From positions 2,234,001 to 2,298,000 of the forward strand of contig CM052817.1 of the NCBI GenBank assembly GCA_028534125.1: a stretch of DNA of 64,000 nt, read 5' to 3'. This DNA is from Lama glama. Taxonomy: Eukaryota. Each line of letters opens with the position of its first letter. Position 1 is the first letter of the stretch. Shown here one piece after another: positions 36,561 to 49,319 of the stretch. The notes beneath the pieces were generated by a model. That model made no database searches, was not told the DNA's origin, and saw nothing but the letters and a program-made list of their open reading frames with translations. The position numbers and the translations under genes are program-made.

Positions 36561-37405
36561 GGGTAACCTGTGTTTCACCTGCCTCCTCTAGAAAGGCTCC
36601 CTGGGTCCCAGAGGTAGTGACAGGCACCCCCTCTGTTCCCGCACCCCGGCCCTCCTTGTCACAACCCCACCCCATGTGGTCTGTCTGTCTCTTGGAGCTC
36701 CCGAGGGCAGGGGCTGCCTTGTATCCCTGCTGATTTTAAATGTGAGCGCAGAGGAGGTGCCTTGTGAGGAGTGAAAGGAGGGAGAGAGACAGGAAGGGGG
36801 TGGGGGGACACAGAGACGGTGGACCTGCCCCCTCAGCACGTCCCCTGGCTGCCCTCCCTGACCGAGGCAGAGGGGCTGGAGTGGGATGCAGTCGCTGGCA
36901 AGCCAGGTGCCGTCGGGGAAACGCCTTCCCTGCAAAGGCTCCTCCTCTGCTGGGACCTGAGAAAGTGCTGCCTTCCTCCTCCCTTTGCCTTTCCTCATAT
37001 CCTCAGGCTCCAGGCAGGGCTGGGAGGAGTGGGCGCCAAGAAGAGGGGAGGGGCGCACCAATGCCGAGCCGCCCCCGCCCCGGGCTCCGCAGCACAAAGG
37101 GGCTTGCTTTCATCACGAAAAATGTGAGCCTGGATCTCAACACCTCCAAACGCCTTTAAAGGGAGTAATTGCTTGACTGCAATTATTTTAGGAGTTTTAA
37201 CCAAGCCGCATGGGTGCTTTTTAAGAATACTTCTGGAGCTTCAAATTCCACCCACGGCCCCCAAGGGTGGGGGCCCCGCGTGGGGCCCAGAGCCCTGCGT
37301 CCCTCGAGGCTCTGTGGACACTGGGCTAAGCTGTGCCCCAGAGGAGGTCTCGGGAGGGGCTTTGGGCAATGAAGCCAGCCCTGCCCAGGGAGGCGGAAGG
37401 ACCTC

Positions 37406-37419
37406 GTTGCCAAGGCAAC
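37406..37419. promoter_or_regulatory. RFX X-box motif
   Basis: CGTTGCC-AA-GGCAACG: perfect 7-bp inverted arms around a 2-bp spacer. Confidence 0.55.
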
Positions 37420-37559
37420 GGCCTCCTTTGCCCTCTGAGGAAGCTGGGGCCCTCCCGGCAAGGGTGGGCTGGGCTGAGGGTGCCGTGCAGGCCGGTGGAG
37501 GGCAGCGGGCAGGGGGAGGGAACAGCGACTGTCTTCACCGCAGGCACTGTTTTGAGCCC

Positions 37560-38300
37560 CATTTCCTCGTCGATTAAGTGGGGGAAGAACCTTCCCGACT
37601 GCGTTCTTGCAAGGGTGAAGTAAGAGAACGCACGCGAAGTGCGCGCGCTGGGCGGCACGCGGCCTCGCCACAGGGCTGCTGGCGGCGCCGCCTCTTTCCG
37701 GCCCCGGAGCCGGAGCCGGTCGCCCTCCGCCGCGGGCCGATGTTGGGGGCCCCGGCTCCGGGCTCCCCTCGCGGGGCCGCCGAGGCAAGCCGACCCACCC
37801 GCCGCGGGACGGTCGCCCGCAGCCGCGCGGCAGGCGCTCCAGGAAGGGGTCTGGTTAATCGCTTATTTTTAAAGGATCAACCCCCCAAACAATGCAACGC
37901 AGCTGATGAAACGGGAGGAAGAGGTGAGCAAACAGCGCGGTCAGTGGAAGCGACTTAAACCCTGTCCCGACCGACCACCACGTGCCAGCGCGCGCCGCCG
38001 GCCTCCCGCTGGGCGTCTTGCTGGCAAAGGTGTCTTGAAGGAGGGAGCCCGCTCGGCCCTGTCGTCTGCCCGGGGAGTCCAAGGGGCGGGGAGGGCATCT
38101 CGCCTGAACCCCTGCGCTAGGCTCCGTCTTTAGGGGAGGGGGCGGGCCGGGAGCTGGGGGTGCCTGCCCAGCCTGCGCAGCAGCAGGAGGGGGGAGAGCC
38201 AGCCCTCCTGGCTCAGACCACGCCTGTCCCGATGTCTAGGACCACACGCCGGCATGCACCCCTCCGGGGGACAGCGGCTCTGAGGGCGCCGTGGGAGGGG
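37560..38300. promoter_or_regulatory. CpG island (possible promoter or enhancer)
   Basis: Very dense CpG and GC boxes with a short AT-rich core (GGTTAATCGCTTATTTTTAAAGG); no recognisable repeat in the core. Confidence 0.65.
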
Positions 38301-38489
38301 ACCGAAACCCCTCCCGTCCCCCTCCCCCCACCCTGTAGCAAACACACCCTGACCGATGATCCTGCCGGGGCACATCCAGGGCGGCCTCTGCACGGCACCC
38401 CCCAGTCCTCTCTCCCCACCCGCCAGGCCCCTCAGTAAGGACAACAGCGACAAAGGGAGACGAACAGGGAGGGGGAGGAGGGGCTCCAT

Positions 38490-38660
38490 CACCAGCACGT
38501 GCCAAGCACGTTGTGTTTCACTCTGAGAGATAAGCAAGTCTTCACTCCCATTGTACAGAGAGGAGACTGAGGCACGGAGTGCTGAGTGATTTTCCATGGA
38601 GGGCACTCGGCTGGTGGCAAGGGGCACAGACAGACTTCATGCTGGGGCCCCGAGTGTCAG
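38490..38660 (-). mobile_element. MIR SINE
   Basis: CTCCCATTGTACAGAGAGGAGACTGAGGCACGGAG antisense core. Confidence 0.65.
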
Positions 38661-41600
38661 GCCCACAGTCTGACCGGCAGTCATCGCGCTTTGTCCTCAC
38701 CCCCCATCCAGCCCCGGTGCTCAGGCCGGCGCTCTCCCTCAAGGTGGATATGGCTGTGGATGCAGGATGTGGCCGTAGGGAAGGCTGGGGTGAGCTAGAC
38801 TCAGGGCTGTGCCCAAGCCACCCACAGGCCTGGGGCTGCCCCTCCCCGAGGCTGCTCCTTCAGGCTCCCGAGAAGCAAGAATGTGCCTTTCCTCGAACTC
38901 CTCGGCCCCAGGACGCAATGAAGACGAGAGAGGGTGGGAGTGGTCTGGGCTCACAGCCTCGAATTGTTCACATGGGCTCAGAGCCCAGTCCAGTCCAGTC
39001 CAGGTGATGTAGGAATGGCCCCCAGGCAGGTTGTGTTGACCGGTGCAAACTTCTCCCCAATTATGGGACGGTTTAAATCAAAACACTTAAACCTCCGTCT
39101 TAAACCCAGCTGGTGTGGCTTTCATCTCTTCTTTCCCAGGGAATAAGAAAGTCATGATGACACCAGAAAGCATCGTGCCCCTCTGCACGTGGCCCAGCTG
39201 GCTTTCTCCTCCACCGTGAGCCCCACGCTCAGAGCCAGGTCCTGATGTCAGCATGTGACCTCAGGCAAGCTTGTCCCTCCCTGGGCCCCAGACCCCCATC
39301 TTCTCCCTGTCAGTCGAGAAGGAGGGTCTCTAGGAGTGGTCTATGCTCACATCTGCAAGGGAGCCTTGTGTGCAGGGCTTGTGTGCTGGCCCTGCAGGCG
39401 CCACCTCCACCCGCTCCCCAGACCACCCAGTAAGGGGCCCTGGGGGTCTAGCAGCAGGGCGGGTGCTGGCCGTGCTTGCCCTCAGCCCCCCTGCAGCACA
39501 ACTGGGGGTTGTCCCCGTTGTCCCAGAGGATGGCTGGGGAGCAAGCCACCAGAGACCCCCAAGTTAGTCGGGGATCTCTCAGCTGGTGCCTGGGACCTCC
39601 CCTCTCCCACATTTGTGCTTTTCACCACGTAGTTGAAGTCCAGAAGCTTCCAGAGCACCATGGATTTTCAGTTCATCTGCAACCTAAGGACAGGGATTGA
39701 GGATGACCTGATGCCAGTCTCAAGAGCCTTGTCCCTGCCCACCCAGGTCACAGCCCGGGGGGGCTTCTGCCGCGGTCGCGGCCACGAGTGCACAGGGTGG
39801 AGTGCAGGCGATTTTTTATGTTCATTGCCTCTTCTTCTGTTTTCCCAAGTCTCTGCAGTAGGATTTGTAATCAGAAAAGGAAGGAGCCAGATGTGGCATT
39901 CTGCCTGCTGGAGGTCCCGTGGAGGCTGATGGAGACCAACACACATTTCTGGCAGCCCCGAGCACAGTTACCAATGACCCAGGGCTCCACTCGCTGGCCA
40001 GTGGTCCCAGGGCGAACCCTCTGTGTGGCACTGACCCCCAGCCCAGGAGGAGCAGCCTCCCCCCTCCTCCCGCCCCGGCTCCAGCTCCCCGCCCTGTGGC
40101 TGGTCAGCAAGTGGCGGGAGCACCCCTGCCCGCTGCCTCCTGCACCAGCCACAGCCAGAGAGCCCGTTCAGGGCTGCGGTGGGGACACCTGCACTCAGCT
40201 GACAATTACCTGGTAGATGCTGCCTCTCTAGCCCCCCCAGGGTAGGGGGAAGTCACAGCCCCTTTCCCTCCGAAGAGTCTGTGGCACAAATCTGGTCATC
40301 CCCCCAGTGGTACAGCCACGATGCCTGGGACACCTGCAACGCATGCTGGCCTGGGGCCCCTCCCTAGCCTCGCTCGTCTCCTGGGCCCCTGGCCCACCCT
40401 GCCCAGCAGACCACAGCATCCTGCCTCTGGCCTAGCCCAGGCGTGATGGCCAGCCTCTCACAGGGTCCCCTTGCTCCCCAGAGGAGGGCCCGGGAGCTCT
40501 CTGGGGCCTCACAATGGCCAGACTTCAAGGTCAGAGTCAGCAGCGCCCTTGGAATTTGCTCCCCTCACTCTTCCTGTCTCTGCCTCACCGTTGGCCCCTT
40601 GTTAGGGCCTCACCTGGTATTCCTGCCCCCAGGCTGGGGGCGGGACCTCACGAAAACACGGGAAAAGTTTTGTGACTCTCCCCTGAAAGAACCCCGGCCC
40701 TGGGCGGAAGCTCCTCCCTCCGCTGCTCCAGGACTTGACCGGCTCCTCTGCCTTTCGCCTTGCACGGTGATGCTTCACTGGGCCCTCGGTTCACACCTCC
40801 GAGGCAGGCAAGGCCAGCGTCATCATACCCACGGTGGAGGTTAATAGGCTCTCTTCTTGACACCCATTCGTCCATACGTCTATTCATGCGTTCACCAGCA
40901 TGTGCTCACGGCCAGTCGCTAGCATTTCCTGCTACCCCTCTGTGTCAGGGACTGATGAATAAAGCATGGCCCTGCTCCATCCTGAGGCCGTGGAACCATC
41001 TGTGGTTCCCAGTGCTTTGACACCTCCCTTTCTGCTGCAGTCAGTTCCAGAGAAAGCTTGCTGTTGGCTGGTTGATTCCATCCCTCGTGTTTCAGTAGCT
41101 GTTTAACCTGATCTAAAGCTTTGGCTTTGGTGAAATTGATTTCAGAAGAGAAGGAAATGATACTCCAGTGAAGCCAGTGAAAGCTGATCATCCAATTTCC
41201 ACGAGGTCTCGGAGGTGCAGGTGCCAGCAACTGTTTGGACTGAATTCCCATCCTTGTGGCTCAAGGTTTAGCATCAACCCTGGGCTCCCAGCTGCTCCCA
41301 GCCGCCGCAGGACAGGGTGTCGGGGAGGACTGGGCAGCAATGAGTACTTGAAGCTCTGACGTTCCTGTGTGCACAGTCTTTCATTTCCAGTGTGGCTAAG
41401 CCCGCAGGCATCTTGCTGTATCCCTCCTTATGAGGCCAGAAGCTCAATCACCGATGCCCTAAAATACAGCTCCCACTGGGCCTGGCCCCCAGGGAGCTCA
41501 GGGGCCAAGGAAGGTCTCGTCTCAGCCCCAAGGCCATGCGCTCTCCCTCTGCTCCCACCCTGCTTCCTTTCATGCCGCCTCCTGCCAAACCCACCTCCAA

Positions 41601-42689
41601 GTCAGATGCTGTGACCCACCCTCTGGCCGTGTGGTCCCCAAAGACCAGCATGCACACAGGCCCTCCTGCCACCAAGTGAAAGACTGGGGAGGTCAGGGGC
41701 CCTAGTTCTTGTGGGTCTTCAGCCCCGCCCTTACCCTGTGCTCCATGACCCCGGGGTGGGGCAAGGGGCTTTGGAGAACCAGGGGGTCAGCAGAGCAGCC
41801 CCCACGAGCAGCGAGTTCTCCGTTCGGAGGTGGATGGCCCAACCAGGCGCCAGCCCCGCGCGTGGGCACAGCCCCCGGCTTGCCGGTCTCTCAGGAGCGC
41901 TCCGGCAGGGTGGCTGCGGGCCCCGGCTTGCGAGCTGGCGCTGGGTCCTCCGGGCAGTCGTCGGCACTGAGCTGTGTCCTGGGACTCGCGGTCCCACGTC
42001 CCCTCCCCGTGACTGTCTGCTGGACAGGAAGCTCCCCGTGAGAGGGACAGGCCCTGGACCCTGCCCGCACCCCTTCCTGGATCCTGCGTGAGTTTGCGGG
42101 AACAGCGCTCAGGACGGGCCTCTGGTATCGGATGAGGGGACCCCCTGGGTCCCTGAAAACAGCTGTGCGCGGGAAGGGGCCCGCCTGTCCCTTGCCGAGC
42201 TGGACTAGCCTCACGCAGGGGCTCGAACCAAACATCTCCTTGCGCAGCCCCCGCCCAGCGCGACCGGCCTCCGCAGCTGGGTGGGCAGGCGGGGCCCGGA
42301 GCTGCTGGGGGCCCGCGTCCCCAGCACCGCAGGAGAGCAGCTGTCGCGTCCACGGAGCTTCGCAGGCGCTTCTGCCAGCGTCAGTGCGCTGTGTTTGCCG
42401 CCGAGCCTCCTCCCTGGGCTTGCTGCGGACAGAGGGGCGGCCGCTTGGAACCTAGACAGAGGCTGGACTGCCCGCCTCCAGCCTGACGGGCGGGTGCAAG
42501 CTAGAGGGGGGCTGCGGTGACCCACCCTCCGAGCTGGTGCAGCAGCACGAGGGCGAGGGCGGGGCGGGGCTGCCTGCCGGGAGGGGCGGCCACGCCTGGT
42601 CTGAGGGAGCCGGGGTCCTCTCCAAAGGGCATCGCTGGGCCTGAGTGTGCAACTGCCAGTTTACACAGCACAGTAGACAGTGTGACCCA

Positions 42690-42910
42690 GGAGGCAGGCT
42701 GTCAGTAAGAAGCATACAAGTCAGCTCTGATGCTTCCTCGCTGTGTGTCTCCAGGCAACTTTCTGAACCTCTCTGGGCTTCTGCTCCTCATCTGTGGAAT
42801 CGAGATGATCATAGTATCTACCCCAGAGGGTTGGCTTGAAGACCAAATGAGTTACTGGACGTACACTACAGCCCCTGGTTTAGGATAAACTCTCAGTAGA
42901 TATTAACTGA
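42690..42910 (+). mobile_element. MIR SINE
   Basis: GCTGTGTGTCTCCAGGCAACTTTCTGAACCTCTCTGGGCTTCTGCTCCTCATCTGTGGAATCGAGATGATCATAGTATCTACC. Confidence 0.7.
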
Positions 42911-45227
42911 ATGAGACACTTGCCGCTTTTGGGTGGGGAGGCTTACAAAGTACCCTCATGGTGCACGCATGATGCACAGCAGGTGCACAGTGTTTGTTCA
43001 GGGAAGGAGGACTTTTGCCCTCCCGGGGAGACACTTGCACTTTTGAGGAACACCTGCCCTCCTGGGAGGGTCCCTTGGGAGGGTCCCTGAGCAGCAGTGT
43101 GTTAAACGCTGGTGGCAGGTGTAGAATAAACAAAATACAGACAATCGCGGTTTTAAAAGTAAGATGCTTGCTCTTTCTAAAAGCTCCAGAAGTGTGGCTC
43201 TGGGGAGGAGACTCAGCAGCTCAAGCACTTCGTGTGCCTCTGGAGCCACCCTACCAAGTGATGAAACCAGGAGCCTGGGGCCGAGGACTGTCGCCGGGAC
43301 AGGCTGGGAGGGAGGCAGCGGGCCAGTTCTCCAGCCCTCGATCAGAGCACAGCGACCTGCTCTAACCAGCACGTGGTGTCTTCAGGACACCTCACAAGTC
43401 TTGTCACCCCACATCCAGGTGAAAACCAGCCCCCTTCTCAGCCTCACAGGTGGATGTCGGAGACAAACCCACAGGTAGAGACGCCAGCGGAGAGAACCAT
43501 CTGGGCTCAAATCCGGCCCTGCCTGCAAGGCGAGTTCCTCACCTGCCCAACCTGTGAAGTAAGGCGGGGAGGGGGCCGTGGGCATCCTGAGGGGCTTCAG
43601 GAATCAGCTAAGATGAAGTGTGTGAGGCACTGGCCGCAGAGCAAGTGCCCCGTGAGCGAGGTGTCCTCCATCCTCGCCCACAGCCACACTGGAGGTCTCC
43701 TGCGGGAGGTCACTCCAGTTCCCACGGTGCAGACCCTCAACTGGCCACGGGTGACCACGGGGTGACCACGCCATCATTTATCTGTCCTGTGCAGGCAGGT
43801 GCCTGAAGACTGGATGGTCACAGCCCAGGCACGAGGGGCTCTTGTGAAAGGTGGGGAGGACGTGTGGTCCCCCCAAGAAGGGTGTCCCTGAGTCTGAGTC
43901 CACCGCAACCTCTCAGCTACGGATGCCGAGACCAAACACAGCCTGAGATGTCATGAGCTTGGGTCACCGAGGATCCGGGGACAGGACAGACCCAGGTACC
44001 ACTGAAGCCTGGGTGCAGCAGGGCCAGCCTCTCTGCCCCAGTGCAGGCTGCTGTCCACTAAGGGCACATGTGGCGGTCACCACATCACCCCCAGCTCAGC
44101 AGCCCTGTGGCTCTGGAAAGATGCCCGTGGGGAGATCCTGATGAGCTCTATTAGGGCCAGTCACCCTGGGGGTTGGGGCAGGTGGGGGGGGGTAGCCCAC
44201 ACCAGCAGGTGATGAAGAGGGTGAAACTGCAGGTGTCTTCAGGGAGTCAAAGAAAATGAACCATGGACAGTGAGGCACCGGGGCTGGCAGGCAGCAAGCC
44301 AGGCGATAAACCCCAATGTCTCACCTCATCCTGTGCTCTCCGAGGGCCTTCCTATCAGCCAAACAGAAAGCGAAGCTGGAGGCAAGAGGCCCCTCAAAGT
44401 GGACACCCAGGTCAGAGGGCAGGGGTGGGAGGGAGATCGGGAGGGCTGGGCAGAGAACGGAGCCCTGCTGCCCAGCCCACAGTGGGCTGCTGACCGAGGA
44501 CTGGGCACAGTCCGTGTGAAAGAAGCCATAAAGCCCTCCTGCAAGACACAAAAAACACCCAAAATAGAAAGTCAGGGCGCTCCAACATCATCAAGATGTC
44601 GGTTCTCCCTGGTTTGGGGCATAAATTTGATGTGATCCTAATAAAAATTCCAACGAGCTTTTTTTCCACGAAGCTAAGGCTTGATAGAAAGTTCCTGTGG
44701 AAAAACAAACAGGCAAGGACAGCTAAGCACGCGGCGAGGAGCCGGGGCGGCGGGGCCGCACAGACGCCTCCTGAAGGCGGTGCCGTGATGACCCAGGCAC
44801 GGACCCGTGCACCCCGGGGCCACGGGGCTGGGAAGGGGGCCGACCCGCCACAGGGGAGTCCGGCGCGTGGTGAAGGACGGGTTTCAGTTCCCCACAGCGA
44901 TCACGATCTGCCAGGCAAAGCGGTGCTGGGACAAGCAGACAATCGTTTGGCAGAAGATAAAATGGCATCCATTCCTCACACCAGGAGCAAGAAAAACTCA
45001 GGAGCAGAGATCAAAGCGTACACGGCTTGAATATACAAATACCAGGAGCAAACTCAGGCGAAGCCTTCTGCAAGCAGAGTGTAGAGAGGCTGCCTAGCTG
45101 TGAGTGAAACCCAGCTCCAACAAAGAAAATAGCGATAGATTTGTCCGCCAAAAAAAAAAAAAAAAAAAAAAAAAAAGAAATTTTGCATGAAAAAAATAAG
45201 CAAAATAAAAGACAAGCTAGGAGACAC

Positions 45228-45655
45228 TTGCACAGCGTGGCGGGACCTGGAGAGCGGCATTAAGTGAGCTGAGCCCGAAAGAGAAGGAAGCTACCCTAGG
45301 AGACGGTTTGGGATCTTGGAAAAAAAAAAAAGACACAAATGAACTTATTTACAAAACAGAAACAGACTCACAGACTTAGAAAACAAACTTACGGTTCCTG
45401 GGGGCGCTGTGGGTGGGGAGGGATAAATTGGGAGATAGAGATTTGCAGACACTAACTACTGTGTATGAAACAGATGAACATCAGGTTTCTCTGTACAGCA
45501 CAGGGAACTCTGTTCAGTAGCTGAGTGACCTGTAACGAAACAGAATATGAGAACAAATATATGTGTGTACAGGTACGATTGAAACATCACATTGTTCACC
45601 AGAAGGTGACACAACAGTTTAAACTGACTAACGTCAATTAAAAAACAAAAAGAAA
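45228..45655 (+). mobile_element. Younger 5'-truncated cetartiodactyl-type L1 3' end nested in the old L1
   Basis: GACACAAATGAACTTATTTACAAAACAGAAACAGACTCACAGACTTAGAAAACAAACTTACGG, GGGATAAATTGGGAG and CTGTACAGCACAGGGAACT, followed by an A-rich tail. Confidence 0.85.
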
Positions 45656-46430
45656 GGAGAAAATATCTGGAACTTAATTCATAGGTAAAAGATGAATGTC
45701 TCTGGTGTATAAAAAACTTTTAAAAGTTGAGAAACAAAAGCACAAAAATCAGAGACAAAGGGGCAAGCTGGAAGGAAGACAGCCCCCCCAGGCGATGTGA
45801 AAGTGGCCCCCGGACAACCGGAAAGCTCGTCGAGCCCTCTCATGAAGAGAGATGCAAACGGAATCCAGGCCGAGGTACCGCTGCTCCCCCGTTGGGCGGG
45901 GGGAGGCTCGGAAGTTCGGCACCAGGCCCTGCTGGTGAGCCGTGGGGAGGCAGGCCGGCTCGGACACTGCTGGCGGGGACGCAGGCGGGCGCCCCCGATG
46001 GGTGCACCGCGTCTGACAGATCCACGTGCGGTTTGTCCTCCGACCTGGCAGCACTCACCCTGGAGCCATGCCCCCAGCAACACAACATACAGAGGCGCAC
46101 AGGTGTTCATCACAGCCACGTTCGTAACTGCAAAACGGTGGCGGTTACAGGAACCCGAGGGGGGCGCTGCGGCCTGGAGGAGGGCGGTCTCCCAGAAGCG
46201 CTGTGGGGTGATTTCCAGGGGGGATTACGAAGCAAAAAAATCTGAGTGTGAAGCAGCCCAAAAGCGTGCTCCCTTGTGCTCAATAAAGAAGGGGAACAGG
46301 AAACTGCACACACGACTGCCTGTCTTTATAGGAAGACGCTCGGGGCAAGCAAGCAAGGAGCAGATGAGATCCGTCCCCTGCCAGGTTGCGGGTGGGGTGT
46401 GGCGCTCCTCTGATGACACCTGTGCAGTTT

Positions 46431-46584
46431 TTAAAATTTAATTTTTATTTTTTTAGTTTAGTTTTTTTGGGGGGGTTAATGGGGTTTATTTATTTAATTA
46501 TTTTTTAATAAAGGTCCCTGGGGTTGAACCCAGGCCCTCATGCGGGCCAAGCACGCGCTCTGTCACTTGAGCTGTACCCTCTCG
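46431..46584 (-). mobile_element. Camelid tRNA-derived SINE (Vic-1 type) with an 11-bp target-site duplication
   Basis: Minus strand GAGGGTACAGCTCAAGTGACAGAGCGCGTGCTTGG...CCTGGGTTCAACCCCAG (A- and B-box-like), then an AT-rich/CCCC/A tail; CTGTGCAGTTT at 46420-46430 and 46585-46595. Confidence 0.85.
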
Positions 46585-48847
46585 CTGTGCAGTTTGCCTG
46601 TGGAAGCAGGTGAATGTTCTACACATTAACTCAACTTTATTCAATGAGCGAGGATGAGAAAGGGGAAGATAAACTTGAAAGGAAACTGGAAAAAACCGAA
46701 CTCAGTCGTATCCCATGTAAAGGACACAGGCACGTGAGACACCAGAAAGAAAATAAAGACAAACCCAAGGACCTTTCGGGCCGAGTGCTGGTCTGGGTGC
46801 CCTGCACCGGGGGCGGGCCCGGGGGCGGGGGGGGGGGAAGCAGCGGGGGCGAAATGGGCCACGTCTGGGGAAGGGCACGTCCCTCGGCGTCACTGTAGCC
46901 GAAGAAGGGAGACGGGACCCGGGACGGGAGGGAGAAGCGGGAGCTCCTCGCGGGGAGGGAGCGAGTCCGAGTTCTCAGTGTGACGTCACCGTCGCTGCAC
47001 GTGCCTGGGGAGCGTGTTTGCACGCACGTGGGCCTGCCTGTCTGCAGACCACACGCACGCACGGGTCCTGGCTCTGCTGCTGCTCGGTCTGAGAGCCTGT
47101 GTTGATGACCCCTGGCGCCCGGACCCTGGTTTCGAAGACATCGCCCCCAGAAAGGAACCAGGCTTCTCGGAGAAATGGCTGCGTTTAGGTCTGGGGCAGG
47201 AATGCACTACATAGCCCGCAACATCCTGTTATGCCAGAAAGTAAGGAAGTGCGGGGAAAAGGTGGCATGTCACCCAGACCCAGGAGCCGGCTTGCCAGGG
47301 CGCTCAGTGGCCAGGGTCTGGAGTGATCTGAACATCAAAATAAGGATCCCGGTGGATGACAGATGTTCATACTAATGATAGAAACATACCTACCTACCTA
47401 CCCACACATGTACACAATACACAGGCGGACAGGGACGCGCATAGCTGCGTAGATCCATCCGTCCGTCCCTACAAACCCGCGTGCACACACGGCAGGCAGC
47501 GGGACAGGTGGGTGGGTAGGTAGACGGGTGGGTGACAGACAGACAAGACAGAAGAGCTGTCACTTTACTGGGATACCTGATGCCAAGTGGTAAATGTGCA
47601 CGCAGCGCTGGGATGGAAAATCAACATTTGGCAACTTAAGATTGGATCAACAAGTCATTAATGCAGGCAGCATCCAGGGGGAGGTCTTGAAAAGCAGACT
47701 GTTCCCATGGTCTTAAACTGTCTCCTTCCCAGGCTGCTTATGAGTTGCAAGGAAATGCAGAGCGTTCCTGCAGCGGGCAGAGCTCACAGCTCCTCAACCA
47801 GCTCATCAAACACGCGTCGCCGGCGAGAGGCAGGTGGAGGCCGTGTGCTCCGGATACGGAGTTTGGGCAAGACACATCTTCCGTGCGGCGCGGCAGCAGA
47901 GAACCTCATCAGGAGGAGCCAGCAGGCAAACCCCGAGGAGCACTGTTCTATTAAAAAAAACCCAGCAACAGCGCAGTCTTCCGAAGCACCCGTGACATGA
48001 AAGACAAAGACAGACCGCGGAAAGGAACCAGACGAGAGGAGAAGAAAGCGAGAGACAGAAACCGCGATCTCTGATCCTAGAGTGATTCTAGCTGGAGAGA
48101 GAGGGCGAGAAAGGACGTTGTCAGGTCGACTGGCAAAATGGGAATCTGATGGCAGATTAGAGAAAGGAGCCAGCGCCGTGATCGTCTCGCCGGGTTACTT
48201 GAGAGAGCTGCTCTGCTGCTGCGGGCGAAGGGCCCGACGCCGGCAGCCGGGCTCGGACGGCTGGGGGAGGCCACGCAGCCGCACGGGGAGCGAGAAGGAG
48301 GGGGGAGAGAAAGCGGGGGCAGGAAACAAAGGACAAAACAAACAGGATACAGCGTTAGCCGCGATGGGCTCCAGGCAGACGGTGTGTGGTGTTCGTTGCG
48401 CTGCTTTTATTCTCCTAATTTTGCTGCAGCGTGAGCTTATTTCCAAATAAAATTTAAATAATAATAATAAAGCAACAACCTGCTCTCCACCTGTGTCAAG
48501 GTGAGGCGCCCGGATACTGCAGCCAGGCGCACTGCTCCCCAGCAGCCCCTCTAGAGCCCTTCACGCGAACGATGCCAGGACGCCCCACCATAATAATAGC
48601 ACGGCTCGTGCAGTAAAAACAGCAGTGATCCGCCATAATGATAAATCCCAGTGTGTGCACAGTGCTTAACAGTTTATGAAGCACTTACCAGACCCTGTGC
48701 ATCTTCACAGCGGTTCTGAGATGCACTTCCAATGGGTAAGATTTGCGTTATAAGTCACGCTTCAGTGAAGTTGTACATGTTTTAAAGGCGCGGCTCATAG
48801 CATTTGCTCTGCTGGGCTGTGGTGAGGGTGACGCGCCAGCTGTGGGG

Positions 48848-48950
48848 GTTCTAAAGCAGTTTCTCCAGCTGTGGTCCCTCAGTCCAGCTGGGAGCGGCGA
48901 GGGCACTTGTGAAATGCAGACTCCTGGGTGCCATCCGTGGATCTCGGGGT
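48848..48950. mobile_element. MER5A-like fragment
   Basis: CAGTTTCTCCAGCTGTGGTCCC...CTTGTGAAATGCAGACTCCTGGG. Confidence 0.55.
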
Positions 48951-49319
48951 GGGGCTTCCCAGGGGATGTTGGTCCTAAGTGGAGTTGTGGGAAAGGCAGG
49001 CAGACACGGGGTGCCCCTACTTCCCCCCACTGGGGCCTGGCCAGTCCCCTGGATCAGAGCACAGCCTGGGAGCAGGGCCACACGCCCTGCACTCCCTCCT
49101 GCGAGGGGCCAGGCACTGTGCACATACGTCATTACCAGATTTCTCCACTGAGGACGTGCGGGCAGCCAGCTGGGACCCCTCACACCCGCCTGCTCACTCA
49201 CAGTGCCCAGCTGCGGGTCCCCCCTGCCAGGGCCCAGGACCCTGGCGTCCCTGGTGGAGGCTGGCTGTCAGAGAGGATGTTCATGTCGGCCAGTTCTCAC
49301 CTGAGATGCAGAAGGCCTT

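Larger units (their letters stand above)
44560..48430 (+). mobile_element. Long old L1 (L1MC4-like, ORF2 end through 3' UTR), strongly GC-shifted, with nested younger insertions
   Basis: ATCAAGATGTCGGTTCTCCC...ATAAAAATTCCAAC (ORF2); GGAACCAGGCTTCTCGGAGAAATGGCT...GCCAGAAAGTAAGGAAGTGC (L1MC4-type 3' region); ends in TTATTTCCAAATAAAA. Confidence 0.7.

Noticed and set aside
46500..46584. tRNA-like sequence
   Set aside because: It has an A-rich tail, a target-site duplication and no intact cloverleaf, so it is a SINE head rather than a tRNA gene.
48698..48727. GTGCATCT...AGATGCAC hairpin (possible miRNA)
   Set aside because: The stem is only 8 bp and lies within a MIR-like fragment; too short for a pre-miRNA.
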